Shown: positions 40,281 to 57,875, counted from the stretch's first letter. The stretch: 64,000 nucleotides of DNA from Eledone cirrhosa (GCA_964016885.1 OZ024742.1:135594001-135658000); one strand, 5' to 3'. Made by a program: numbers and translations. The notes: generated by a model not told the origin, from the letters alone.

Positions 40281-40366
40281 TCGTTTTAGGTAATCCAGTT
40301 AGAGGTTGTGAGTACTCTGTAAATAAAACCATTTTTGTACAGCCTACCATTTTATTCTTCACTCTT

Positions 40367-40441
<75 letters not shown>

Positions 40442-40520
40442 GAAGAGTGGAGAATAACATGGTGGGCTGTACAAAAAGGGTTTTATTTACAGAGTACTCA
40501 CAGCCTCTAACTCGATTACC
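40281..40520. repeat. Inverted pair of about 85-bp segments around a central (TA)n
   Basis: gtaatccagttagaggttgtgagtactctgtaaataaaacc versus ggttttatttacagagtactcacagcctctaactcgattac. Confidence 0.8.
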
Positions 40521-40554
40521 GATATCTTATATACATATATACATATAAGTTGAA

Positions 40555-40660
40555 ATAGGATGAAACGAAATTTCATTTCTCACTCTTAGTACGGCACTTA
40601 CTTAAATGTAAATATGTATGTATACGTACATACATATATGTATACAGATGTACAGTAGTA

Positions 40661-40742
<82 letters not shown>

Positions 40743-41125
40743 CAGGTACACATATATATATGTACGTATTAGTTTAGCGGACGTTTATTATAACGCCCGC
40801 TTTGTCCGTTTGTAAACAAACGGACACCCTGATTTATGCCGTACGGTGTTAAGGCAACCACGTCACCTTTTTGTTCAACACTGACACAGGAACGATGTAC
40901 TAGTTTCAAGCTTCTTAGCTATGATCAGCACCGTATACCCTTCTGTCAGATGGTTGAACGTTCGAAAGTATTTACTTTCCTTATGAAAATTAACGGCTGA
41001 GCAGCCTAATTTGCATATCGAGTGAGTTCAGTCGGCCAGGCTGTCCCTTTGTTTACAAACGGACAAAGCGGGCGTTATAATAAACGTCCGCTAAACTGAT
41101 ACGTACACATATATATGTGTACCTG

Positions 41126-41183
<58 letters not shown>

Positions 41184-41220
41184 TACTACTGTAGGTCTGT
41201 ATACATATATGTATGTACGT

Positions 41221-41230
<10 letters not shown>
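40555..41230 (-). mobile_element. Retrozyme-like family A copy with 5' inversion
   Basis: Unit on the minus strand at 40555-41046; 41048-41230 is an inverted copy of about 40610-40820. Confidence 0.75.
40892..40934 (-). ncRNA. Family A hammerhead with a G8C core mutation
   Basis: Minus strand: acggtg-CTGATCA-t-agc(taagaa)gct-t-GAAA-C(TA)G-TA-catcgt; helix I is fully paired. Confidence 0.6.
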
Positions 41231-41266
<36 letters not shown>

Positions 41267-41352
41267 TAATGTAAAGTATCATAACATATATAATATGAGG
41301 ATGATTCAAATTTAATTATATACATAGAGAGAGAGATTGCAAGGGCCAAATA

Positions 41353-41650
41353 TTGTTAGAAAAACACAATATTTTGTACATATGTATAAAGCATATAATA
41401 TTTAGGAAAAAGTATATATATTCCTTACGCTCACTGTTTCATAGTTCGTAAACCGAAGCAAGAGTCGTTCTAAGCAAGGAAATCGTCTTTGGATAATGGA
41501 TAATCGATTACTCAGATCGATATTTTCGCTTCGCTTTACGAACTATGAATCGGTGACCGTAAGGAAAATAACAACTTTACCATCTTAAATATATACTTCT
41601 TCCTAAATATGATATGCTATATGTACAAAATACTATGTGTTTCCCTAACG
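41353..41650. repeat. Diverged fold-back element
   Basis: ttccttacgctcactgtttcatagttcgtaaaccgaagc versus gcttcgctttacgaactatgaatcggtgaccgtaaggaa, plus matching outer arms. Confidence 0.7.
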
Positions 41651-41953
41651 GCATATGTTTCTTTCTCGCTCTATATATATATTTATATACATATAAATTT
41701 GAATTTGAATCTTATATACATACGTATATATATCATATGAAAACCTCTCACCACAGCATTCATACTCCATTTCCCTTCTTTTGAATTAGGATCCGAATTC
41801 CGAAATATCTTAAACAATAATATTTAAAAAATTGGAATTTCCTTTATTTACCAAATTTTACATTAATTTCAGTTCATTATATCTAGGTTTATGTATATAT
41901 GTGTGTTTATATATATATATATATATATATAAATACATACATACATACATACA

Positions 41954-42035
<82 letters not shown>

Positions 42036-42261
42036 AATACATATTTATATATATATATATATATATAAATACATATATATATATATAAATACATATTTAT
42101 ATATATATAAATACATATATATATATATATAAATACATATATATATATATATATAAATACATATATATATATATAAATACATATATATATATATATAAAT
42201 ACATATATATATATATATAAATACATATATATATATATATATATAAATAAATATATATATA

Positions 42262-43386
42262 TCGCAGCAAATGGGGCCCTCTCGAGGGAAACAACGATAA
42301 CAAGTGGCGTGCCCCAGGGGACAGTCCTGGGACCACTACTGTTTTTGGTGGCTCTCTCGGACATGCCCTCTGTGGTGCATGCAACAACATCCCTAACTAG
42401 CTATGCTGATGACACTAAAGTAGCACAGGCAATCAAAAACCCGGCTGACGCTGCCCTTTTACAGCAGGATCTGGATGCCATATACAGATGGGCGGAAGAA
42501 AACAACATGCAGTTTAATGCTGGCAAATTCCAAGCCCTACAATACAAACCTGCAAACACAAATATAGTGGAACACAGCTACAGAGGACTAGGAGGGACCG
42601 ATATCCCCGTGTCAAAACCGATACGAGACCTGGGCATAGACATGAGCGATGATGCATCTTTTTCTTCACACATCATGAAAGTGGCGACAACGTGCAGACA
42701 ACTCGCTGGCTGGATATTGAGGACTTTCCGGACAAGAGATCGAGACACCATGTTGACACTGTGGAGGACATTTGTCCTAAGCCGCCTGGACTACTGCCCC
42801 AGTTGTGGTCACCCCTTAGTGTCAAACTAAGCACGGAGCTTGAGGCAATCCAGCGAAGCTACACCAAGAGGATTGCCAAGATGAGGGAGACAAGCTACTG
42901 GGAGAGGCTAAATGAACTGAACCTCTACTCCTTGGAGCGAAGACGGGAGAGATACGCAGTGATCTACATGTGGAAAATCCTGGAGGGACTAGCACCAAAC
43001 TTTGGCATTGGGAGCTGGACCAACCGTCCAACGGGACGTCACTGTGTGGTGCCAAAGGTCCCATCTTCCGCATCTAGAATAAGGAGCAGGTATTGCAATA
43101 GCCTGGGATTCAAGGGCCCTCAACTCTTCAACAGGCTGCCGAGGCATCTGAGAGACTTGCATGACGTGGAGGTGGATGTCTTTAAGAAACATCTCGACAC
43201 CTTGTTATCCAGGATCCCGGATGAGCCCACAGCAAGACACGAGGGAAACCTAAGGTCAGCAGCAACAAACTCCCTCTTACACCAGTGGCCAACCTATACA
43301 GGCTGGAGATAAAATGTGTAGCAACAAGGGCGGTGCCCCAGCATGGCCTCAGCCGGATGGCTGAAAAAGGTATGAGAGTAAAAGAG
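42262..43386 (+). mobile_element. CR1-clade LINE 3' fragment (RT) inserted in (TA)n
   Basis: [15 protein letters not shown]...SYADDTKV...LQQDLDAIYRW...RDLGI...LNLYSLERRRERY; one frameshift near 42800. Confidence 0.9.
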
Positions 43387-43443
43387 TATATATATAAATA
43401 TATATATATATATAAATACATATATATATATATATATATATAA

Positions 43444-43475
<32 letters not shown>

Positions 43476-43535
43476 ACATATATATATATATAAATACATA
43501 TATATATATAATTACATATATATATATATATATAA

Positions 43536-43624
<89 letters not shown>

Positions 43625-43831
43625 CATATATATATAAATATGTAGATAAATCTACCAAAAGTTTACGGTAGTGACCAATCCGTATGAAGAACTCACTGTA
43701 ATCCGGATATCATGAAAAGAGAAGATGCATTCAAAAACTACTTTCGGTGAAAAATAAACGGAAAACAGAGTCAAGATAAATTAATAAAATAATGAATAAA
43801 CAAAGAAAGAGTTCCTTATATTAAAAAAAAT

Positions 43832-43973
43832 TCATCATTTTACGATCGTTTCTAGGATATATATGTGTTAGATTTGGTATGCATATTCTATAGATCAATG
43901 TACAATATTTATACAAACTATCAGAGGGAATATACATACCTACACATATATATGCTGTCTTCAGAAATAATGA
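43832..43973 (-). ncRNA. Type I hammerhead with very long helix II
   Basis: Mirror of 47498-47639. Confidence 0.75.
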
Positions 43974-44627
43974 TATTTGTTTATTGAAAAAAACAAAGAT
44001 TCAATACAATAGGTCTGTTTGGGAACAGGTTTTGAATTGACCAATCAGGAGATATTGAGGGTCAAGATAGTAATATAGTAGTAGAAGAACCTTAAATTAT
44101 GGGTAGAGGAAGGTAGAATTCAGTTTGATGGAAAAGAATATTATGAATGAAGGATTATTTTAGGAAAGAAATAGGTCTTATGCTGACCTCAGAGATAATT
44201 TTATTTGTTCATTGAATAAAACCAACAAAGATCTAATATATTCTGTTTGTTTGGTAAGAGGTTTAGAATTAACCAATAGAAAGTTAATAATTGGCCAAAT
44301 GGTAAAATAGTAGTAATCGAAGCTTATTTTAGGGGTGAAAATAGGTCAGGTGGTCATTAAAATGTATACAAGCAGTTGCTGTTATAAAATAGTAATACCA
44401 ATACAAATATCTAAGGTGACTAAAGTTTTAAGATAAGAATGTTAGTGAAAAAAATACATCTATGAAAAGAATATAAAATTAATTTAATTGATGGGTATAT
44501 TTATATTGATAAAATTATACTAATACATATAAATATGATAAATAAGAGTTAGATGCAGTTGAAAATTGCTGTTAAGGATGAGGGGAAATTAAAATAATAT
44601 AAAAATAATATATATATATATATATAC

Positions 44628-44685
<58 letters not shown>

Positions 44686-44687
44686 TT

Positions 44688-44718
<31 letters not shown>

Positions 44719-44747
44719 CGTATATATACACATACATACACACACAT

Positions 44748-44851
<104 letters not shown>

Positions 44852-45259
44852 ATGCATATATACATACATACACACATACATACACACACATACACACTTA
44901 TATATACATATACATTATTGGGGGGGGGGGATTACATTTATTAGTGAGAGATAGTAAATATATATAGTTTTCAAGGAACATCGATTCATAACCTGAAGTT
45001 AAAGCATTATATATGTTTACTTAATGGTATCAGTTTTAGGAAATGATATTTGTAAGAAGGAAAGCAAAATTATGTAGTTCATCAGTAGTAGAATATCAAT
45101 TATAGGTTAACTGAATTAAAAGTAGTTTATATATTAATTTCTAAAGTGTATATTAGCAGGTTTATAATATTTAAAGCAGAATTATGTAGTTCCTCAGTAG
45201 TAGAATATTAATTATAGGTTAACTGAATTAAAAATAATTTATATATTAATTTTTAAAGT

Positions 45260-45711
45260 GTATATTAATTAGGTTTATAATATTTAAAGGTTTTTCTCAG
45301 TTTATGATTACACGATATTATTAATTCCTGTCACTTATTTAATAGGATATCCTTAGATTTCTTTATTTCAAAAAGTTCTTGGGAACATAATCTACATTCA
45401 TTTCTTCTATTTTGATAAGGGGTGGCCCTTTTGAGCACACTCCAGGTCAGGTCATATTCTATATTCCTCTTTCTATAACTATTAATTATTTCAGCTAGAG
45501 ATGTTGTATTAGCTAGTGCGGCATTTTTAAAACTATGTTTGTGGCTATTAAATCTTACCTTAAAATTGTTAGAGGTAGCTCCTATATATGAATAAATTGA
45601 GTCCTTAGTGTTAACTTTACATTTATATACTATATTATTAACAAGGCAATTTCCTTTTAATGGACAGTTTGCCTTGTTTCTACAGTTACAACTTTTCGTG
45701 AATCCTGTATC
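45260..45711 (-). pseudogene. GIY-YIG endonuclease domain (left arm, premature stop at 45331)
   Basis: CNCRNKANCPLKGNCLVNNIVYKC...YIGATSNNFKVRFNSHKHSF. Confidence 0.88.
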
Positions 45712-45718
45712 TGAGGAG

Positions 45719-46165
45719 GATACAGGATTCACGAAAAGTTGTAACTGTAGAAACAAGGCAAACTGTCCATTAAAAGGAAATTGCCTTGTTAATAATATAG
45801 TATATAAATGTAAAGTTAACACTAAGGACTCAATTTATTCATATATAGGAGCTACCTCTAACAATTTTAAGGTAAGATTTAATACCCACAAACATAGTTT
45901 TAAAAATGCCGCACTAGCTAATACAACATCTCTAGCTGAAATAATTAATAGTTATAGAAAGGGGAATATAGAATATGACCTGACCTGGAGTGTGCTCAAA
46001 AGGGCCACCCCTTATCAAAATAGTAGAAATGAATGTAGATTATGTTCCCAAGAACTTTTCGAAATAATGAAATCTAAGGATATCCTATTAAATAACCGAC
46101 AGGAATTAATAATATCGTGTAATCATAAACTGAGAAAAACCTTTAAATATTATAAACCTAATTAA
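45719..46165 (+). pseudogene. Penelope GIY-YIG endonuclease domain, 5'-truncated but open to its stop codon
   Basis: CNCRNKANCPLKGNCLVNNIVYKCKV...YIGATSNNFKVRFNTHKHSF...WSVLKRATPY...CRLCSQE...LLNNRQELIISCNH. Confidence 0.9.
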
Positions 46166-46636
46166 TATACACTTTAGAAATTAATATATAAATTATGTTT
46201 AATTTACTTAACCTATAATTAATATTCTACTACTGAGGAACTACATAATTCTGCTTTAAATATTATAAAACTATTAATATACAATTTAGAAATTAATATA
46301 TAAACTACTTTTAATTAGGTTAACCTATAATTAATATTCTACTACTGATGAACTACATAACTTTGCATTCCTTCTTACAAATATCATTTCCTAAAACTGA
46401 TACCATTAAGTAAACATATATAATGCTTTAACTTCAGGTTATGACTCTATGTTCCTTGAAAACTATATATATTTACTATCTCTCACTAATAAATTTAATC
46501 CCCCCACAATAATTTATATGTATATATAAGTGTGTATGTGTGTGTATGTATGTGTGTATGTATGTATATATGCACGTATGTGTGTATATATATATATGTA
46601 TATATGTGTGTGTATTTGTGTGTATGTATGTGTATA

Positions 46637-46694
<58 letters not shown>

Positions 46695-46736
46695 TATAAG
46701 TGTATATATATATATATATGTGTGTATCTGTGTATA

Positions 46737-46842
<106 letters not shown>

Positions 46843-47497
46843 TATATATATATATATATTATTTTTATATTCTTTTAATTTCCCCTCATTTTTAACAGCT
46901 ATTTTCAACTGCATCTAACTCTTATTTATCATATATATATGTATTAGTATAATTTTATCAATATAAATATACCCATCAATTGAAGTAATTTTATATTCTT
47001 TTCATAGATGTATTTTTTTCACTAACATTCTTATCTTAAAACTTTAGTCACCTTAGATATTTGTATTGGCATTACTATTTTATAACAGCAACTGCTTGTA
47101 TACCTTTTAATGACAACCTGACCTATTTTCACCCCTAAAATAAGCTTCAATTACTACTATTTTACCATTTGGCCAATTATTAACTTTCTATTGTTTAATT
47201 CTAAACCTCTTACCAAACAGACAGAATATATTAGATCTTTGTTGGTTTTATTCAATGAACAAATAAAATTATCTCTGAGGTCAGCATAAGACCTATTTCT
47301 TCCCTAAAATAATCCTTCATTCATATTATTCTTTTCCATCCCAAACTGAATTCTACCTTCCTCTACCCATAATTTAAGGTTCTTCTACTACTATATTACT
47401 ATCTTTACCCTCACTATCTCTCTATTGGTCAATTCAAAACTGTTCCCAAACAGACCTATTGTATTGAATCTTTGTTTTTTTTTTCAATAAACAAATA

Positions 47498-47639
47498 TCA
47501 TTATTTCTGAAGACAGCATATATATGTGTAGGTATGTATATTCCCTCTGATAGTTTATATAAATATTGTACATAGATCTATAGAATATGCATACGAAATC
47601 TAACACATATATATCCTAGAAACGATCGTAAAATGATGA
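47498..47639 (+). ncRNA. Type I hammerhead with 105-nt helix II domain
   Basis: tcattattt-CTGAAGA-[47514-47618 hairpin]-GAAA-C(GATC)G-TA-aaatgatga; helix I is 9 bp. Confidence 0.78.
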
Positions 47640-47693
47640 ATTTTTTTAATATAAGGAACTCTTTCTTTGTTTATTCATTATTTTATTAATTTA

Positions 47694-49637
<1,944 letters not shown>

Positions 49638-49827
49638 AGGAACTAGTAGGTCCCCGACGGCTGAGCTCAAGCCGTATCGACGGCTAATTCTATCCAGAAT
49701 TAGCCGTCGAAACGGCTTGAGCTCAGCCGTCGGGGTCCTACTCGTTCCTCTTACCCACTCTACTACCCTAAGTATTGAGTACTTTGGTGCGTTATGGTCC
49801 ATCTGGTTCTGTACCACATTTCCTTCG

Positions 49828-49829
<2 letters not shown>
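49638..49829. mobile_element. Fold-back element, family H
   Basis: Hairpin 49638-49749 plus tail, highly similar to 31612-31821. Confidence 0.75.
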
Positions 49830-49900
<71 letters not shown>

Positions 49901-50094
49901 TATATACATATATATATACATATATATATAATATATATATATATACGATATTAACAAATGGAAACTATATTTATAAAACCATATCTATTTTATTATACAT
50001 ATTTCAAGGACACCCTATTTGCTTGTTGTATCCCAACAATTTAAATAGAACTTTTGCATATATACATATACATATATATATATATATATGCATC

Positions 50095-50126
<32 letters not shown>

Positions 50127-50142
50127 TACATCTATATATACA

Positions 50143-50229
<87 letters not shown>

Positions 50230-50312
50230 ATAATAATAAATGTTAAGACTAAAGTCCAAAGGGGTCTCGATAAGGATAAATATGTGTGTGAGAGAGAGAG
50301 GGGGGAGAGAGA

Positions 50313-50430
50313 CTGCTGAGTGGTTAGAGAAATAATTGGATTCGCTATCGTGAGGCTGTGAGTTCGATTCCTGGACCATGCGATGCGCTATGTATTGAGC
50401 AAGACACTTTATTTCACCTTGTTCCTGCCA
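50313..50430 (+). mobile_element. tRNA-derived SINE head of a second family
   Basis: A box-like ctgagtggttagag and B box gagttcgattcc, followed by gagcaagacactttatttcac. Confidence 0.6.
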
Positions 50431-50968
50431 CCTGCAGTAGCGACCAATAGATAGTATTAGCAATTGGAAAGACCAATAGAAACACTGTTTCCTCGGTCTG
50501 ATTTGACAAAAGTCGATCGGCTGTCGATATATATACGCATGTCCCTTTACAAGGTTCTGCGTCACTCACAAAGATGGTTAAAGGGCAAAATACCTGTTGA
50601 TAACGTGATATTCCTTGTTCGATCTTTATGCTGAAAGTTTATAGTTTTAAGCAGACAGTATTATTGATTTACGTGTCATAGAAAACCTGCATTTGGATAT
50701 TACCATCAATTCCACTTGGGTCCAGGTCTGTTTATATCATTTATTTTGTTCGACCTGTTTAGCTTGACTTGTTATTTTGCTTAGGTGATTAATGGCTTCT
50801 TGACCACTTTTCAGTTTGTATGGCGTTTTAACAAATTGTTTAGTTCTATTTTTTTCTTAAGTATTGGAGCGCTTGTCAGCATTTCTAGGATTTTACGTTT
50901 CGTTTCGCTTTTTCTACCAGCCGAAATACGATTCTCGCTGAATATATATTTATATATACATACATGCA

Positions 50969-51056
<88 letters not shown>

Positions 51057-51154
51057 CATACATACATATATATATATATACATAGATACATGCATATATA
51101 TATATATATACTTAGATACATGCATATATATAATATATATACTTAGATACATGC

Positions 51155-51200
<46 letters not shown>

Positions 51201-51242
51201 TTACATACATATATATATATATATATATACATATATATATAC

Positions 51243-51273
<31 letters not shown>

Positions 51274-52505
51274 CATATATATATACTTACATACATATAT
51301 ATATATATATATATGCATATATATATACTTACATACATATATATATATATATATACATATATATATACTTACATACATACATATATATATATATACTTAC
51401 ATACATACATATATATATATACTTACATACATACATATATATATATACTTACATACATACATATATATATATATACTTACATACATACATATATATATAA
51501 ATACTTACATACATACATATATATATATATACTTACATACATACATATATATATACTTACATACATACATATATATATATATACTTACATACATACATAT
51601 ATATATATATACTTACATACATACATATATATATATATACTTACATACATATATATATACTTACATACATACATATTTATATATACTTACATACATACAT
51701 ATATATATATACTTACATACATACATATATATATATACTTACATACATACATATATATATATATACTTACATACATACATATATATATATACTTACATAC
51801 ATATATATATATACATACATACATATATATATATACTTACATACATACATATATATATATACTTACATACATACATATATATATATAATTACATACATAC
51901 ATATATATATATAATTACATACATACATACATATATATAATTACATACATACATACATATATATACTTACATACATACATACATATATATACTTACATAC
52001 ATACATACATATATATATACTTACATACATACATACATATATATACTTACATACATACATATATATACTTACATACATACATATACTTACATACATACAT
52101 ACATATACTTACATACATACATACATATATATACTTACATACATACATACATATATATACTTACATACATACATACATATATATACTTACATACATACAT
52201 ATATATACTTACATACATACATACATATATATACTTACATACATACATACATATATATACTTACATACATACATACATATATATACTTACATACATGCAT
52301 ACATATATATACTTACATACATGCATACATATATATACTTACATACATACATACATATATATACTTACATACATACATACATATATATACTTACATACAT
52401 GCATACATATATATACTTACATACATACATATATATACTTACATACATACATATATATACTTACATACATACATATATATACTTACATACATACATATAT
52501 ATACT

Positions 52506-52583
<78 letters not shown>

Positions 52584-52629
52584 CTTACATACATATATAT
52601 ATATACTTACATACATATATATATATACT

Positions 52630-53326
<697 letters not shown>

Positions 53327-53862
53327 ATATATATATATATATATACATAAATACATGCATACATACATACATACATACACATACATACATACATACATAC
53401 ATACATACATACGTACATACATACATATATATATATATATATACATACATACATACACATATATATATATATATACATACATACATACACATATATATAT
53501 ACATACATACATACATACATACACACATATATATATACATACATACATACATACACACATATATACATACATACACACATATATATATATAAATATATAT
53601 ACATACATACATACATATAAATATATAAATATATATACACACATATAAATATATATACATACATACATACAAATATATATACATACATACAAATATATAT
53701 ACATGCATACATACAAATATATATACATACATACAAATATATATACATACATACATACAAATATATATACATACATACATACAAATATATATACATACAT
53801 ACATATAAATATATATACATACATACATATAAATATATATACATACATACATATAAATATAT

Positions 53863-53909
<47 letters not shown>

Positions 53910-53985
53910 TACATATATATATATATATACATACATATATATATATATATACATATATACATACATAGATATACATATGTGTATG

Positions 53986-54057
<72 letters not shown>

Positions 54058-54060
<3 letters not shown>

Positions 54061-55279
54061 GTTAAAATACTGGAGCGTGTAGGAGTTAAACACCCTCTTC
54101 GTATTATAGAAATGACAGTAAAAATTATAGCTCAATGTAGTTAAACAGAGCCGAAAAATTAAGAGAGTAAAACAAAGAAGCCTTCAATACATCAACTGTC
54201 TGGCACTTACTCACTCATCCATATACATGTCTGTCTACCAACCTTGTAATTATAAGTAATTATATATTATATTATGTTAATTTATTCTATATAATATATT
54301 ATATTATATTGTATATTTTATTGTAATATTGATCCTTATTACTTACCGTTAATTATATGTAACATTATGATATGTTAAACTTTATATATCATGTAAGATG
54401 TTGTACTTTTGTACCATCAACATTTTTTTCGGGATATTGTACACTTTATTTTTCCTCACCTACTCTGTAACCCAGTATGAATTGATTTGTTAACTTGAGC
54501 ACCTTTATATTGTTTATTATAAATGTTAATATATTGTATATTGTAAATCTTAATATATTATTATTATATTATTATTGTGACATCTATATTGTTTGTGTAA
54601 ATTAACCGGAGATTATCTATTCTATTATATTGTATTATATAGTATATAATTGTATTATTTATTATTTATTATATGTGCTACTTATAATTATATCATATTA
54701 TTACCTCATGTATATTGGGTAGATGTATTGGTATTATTATAATTATTATTTTCATTCCTATCATGCTTATTTTTATATTCAAACTCTTAATAAGGTTTAA
54801 TTTGTGCAGTTGAAGATGGATGTGTGTATTGTTGTATGTGTATGTGTATGTACGTGTGCGCACATATATACATATGCATATTGTACCTTTTGATTTTTAT
54901 TGTAATTTTAATGTTGGTAAAGGTATATTATATTATATTATATTATATTATATTATATTACATTGTATTATAAATAATTCCTGCTCTATATAACCACCTT
55001 TGTTTAGCTCTAGGTTTTTTTGTTTTGAACTATATTTGTAATATGGTTCTTAATGTTATATACATCCTTAGTAATTTTTATTATATATTTTTATTATTTT
55101 TATTATATATTTTTGCAATACTTTAGTGTATGTACACTCCATATTCTTCGAAGCTTCCGGCTTGTATCTGCCGATATTACTTCTTGTTGTTTTAATTGCC
55201 CTGATGAGTCCTTAATATGACGAAACATTGTCGGCTAATAAAAATTTTGATGTATTGAAGGCTTCTTTGTTTTACTCTC

Positions 55280-55283
<4 letters not shown>
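54058..55283 (+). mobile_element. PLE 3'-UTR remnant with HHR and short inverted terminal copy
   Basis: About 54158-54195 (attaagagagtaaaacaaagaagccttcaatacatcaa) is the reverse complement of about 55246-55284; HHR at 55198. Confidence 0.7.
55198..55235 (+). ncRNA. Minimal type I hammerhead ribozyme
   Basis: gcc-CTGATGA-gtc(cttaatat)gac-GAAA-C(ATT)G-TC-ggc. Confidence 0.82.
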
Positions 55284-55323
<40 letters not shown>

Positions 55324-55326
<3 letters not shown>

Positions 55327-55872
55327 TACTGGTAACATGTATCCCAGTACAACCTGTCCCCTACTCGGGTCGTTGGCGACTAAACTGGCAACCCCATCAA
55401 GGTTTTTTCTTGAGGAGGGTGACTTTGGACATCCTGCAGAACTAAAAACAAACCTGTAAAAGGGCAAATGAGCTCTTAGGTGTCAATGGCCATCCAAAAT
55501 CACCGGGAGAGATGACCCCTTAGCCTTTGTCAAAGCAGAATTTTAGGAGAAGGAAAACTCTGATATAACACCTGCAACCCTGATGGTATCCAATGATGTT
55601 GACCTGTTCTTCATTTTGGTAAATATCATCTTGGTTAAGAGAGTGGGACTGGCTTTGTTCAGTGCCCTTGCTCACTATTAAAGCTTCACGGCACAGGCAT
55701 TGCTTTATATCTGGAGATCTCTCTGCACTTGTCATCACATGGTGTAGTGTTTGTACCAGAGTTTTCAATTCGCTGGCTGGACTAAAAATCACACTTCTTC
55801 AGCGCATCGGTAGGGGTTCTCCTACATGGATATAAAGTAGTGGCCGTACTCGAAAAGGAGTTGGCAGCCACC

Positions 55873-55875
<3 letters not shown>
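55324..55875 (+). mobile_element. About 550-bp non-autonomous element, probably RTE-derived
   Basis: gctactggtaac...ggcgactaaactggcaacccc...aggagaaggaaaactctgat...gagttggcagccaccatg followed by (TA)n. Confidence 0.65.
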
Positions 55876-55915
<40 letters not shown>

Positions 55916-56182
55916 TATATATACACATATATATATATACACAGGTATATATATATATACACACACACATATATATATATACACACATATATATATACAC
56001 ACATATATATATATACACACATATATATATATACACACATATATATATATACACACATATATATATATACACATATATATATATATACACATATATATAT
56101 ATATACACACATATATATATACACACATATATATATATGTACACATATATATATATATATACACATATATATATATATACAC

Positions 56183-56213
<31 letters not shown>

Positions 56214-56244
56214 CACATATATATATATACACATATATATATAT

Positions 56245-56279
<35 letters not shown>

Positions 56280-56797
56280 CATACGTACATACATACATAC
56301 ATACATATATATATATAAACATATACATATATAAACCTATCCATGTACATATATAAACACATACATACATTCATACATATTTACATAGATACATGCATAC
56401 GTACATATGTACATATGTACGTACGTACGTGTACACACATTCATCCTCTCTTATTTCAATCTAATTTCTCTAACTACATATTTGCAAAACAAGATGTTGA
56501 TGCCAACCTTTTAAGTGGTATTAACTAGAAATAGATAAACACAGATAGGAAAAAGTCCGTCGTTGGTAGGTCAAAGTTGAAGATCTACTTGGGGAGAGGT
56601 CATGTCTTCAAATGACATTATGAGCAGTTTTAGGTACTTAGGATAATTTAAACTAACTTATCTCTTATCTCGATGACGTTGTGTATGGTCACCTGATATT
56701 CCCTCCCACAAAGAACATTACACCCATATATGGCATTCACTTTCTCACACTGTCTCCTCTCTGTACACACAAACCCACACGTATAATATATATACAG

Positions 56798-56828
<31 letters not shown>

Positions 56829-56933
56829 TATATATATTATATATATAATATATACACATATATATATTATATATATAATATATACACAATATATATATTA
56901 TATATATATACGTATATATTATATATATATACG

Positions 56934-56980
<47 letters not shown>

Positions 56981-57256
56981 ATGTTTGCACTTGTGTGTAG
57001 GTTCTTTTAAAAACATACTTTAGAGATTTAAGACTTAGGTTTCTTATTTTGATTGTGGTATACTTGTTTGTATTAGTTCGCGAAATTGGAGTATCGTTTA
57101 AACGTCGAATTTCTTTTTTCTTTGATAGCTTCTTATGTCCCTTTCTGTTCTTAATTTGTATCCTATTCAAATCAACTTTACCGTTTAAAGATTTAGTTTA
57201 AGTACCAGTTAGGTATCGTTTTATATATTTTATCTGCTAAAATTCTTAACAAAATA

Positions 57257-57335
57257 CAGGGTGTCCATAAATTCGACGTTAAACTTAAAACGTTACAAAT
57301 ATTTTAAATTGCACACGGGCTTTATGGACACCCTG
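57257..57335. mobile_element. 79-bp Tc1/mariner-type MITE
   Basis: Perfect 15-bp TIR CAGGGTGTCCATAAA / TTTATGGACACCCTG, flanked by TA on both sides. Confidence 0.8.
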
Positions 57336-57489
57336 TATATTTGACCTTGATCCAATATTATAACAATTTTCTTTTCGGTAGTGTCAGTTTGTCGTAGAAA
57401 ATGCTTTGATTGAATAAATTTTGTGCGTTAAGTTATGATGTCAAATACAGCCGAGATAAACTATGTCTTTCATTATTTCAGGGTCGATA

Positions 57490-57875
57490 AGGCGGTGGAT
57501 AGGCAGTATCGGTAGAACGTCAGACACCATGCTTTTCAGCATAGAGTTGTGGCCCTTTATGTTGTGAGTTCAATCCCGCCGAGGTTAACTTTGCCTTTCA
57601 TCCTTACGGGGTCGATAAAATAAAGTACCAGTAATGCAATGGGTAATTGCTGGCCTTGTGCCAAAAGTAGAAACAATTATTATGTGGATTGACAGTATCG
57701 ATAGAGGATCGGACGCCATACTTTATATCATTGAGTTACGTCCCTTTACGGTATGAGTTCAAATCCCACAGAGATTAACTTTGCTTTTCATTCTTACGAG
57801 GCCGATAAAATAAAGTACTAGTAATGCACTGGGATAATTGCTAGTATTGTGCCAAAAATATGAACAATTATTATA
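57490..57875 (+). mobile_element. Tandem SINE copies
   Basis: ggcggtggataggcagtatcggtag...gagttcaatcccgccgaggttaactttgcc...gtagaaacaattatt, then a second copy. Confidence 0.8.

Noticed and set aside
46340-46365. CTGATGA in the PLE UTR duplication (also 8060, 9983, 14000 and 16244)
   Set aside because: No matching GAAA, helix III or helix I; chance heptamers.
50785-50940. Possible host exons (also 29040-29560 and 56980-57180)
   Set aside because: No recognisable protein similarity, in-frame stops and no convincing splice-site pairs.
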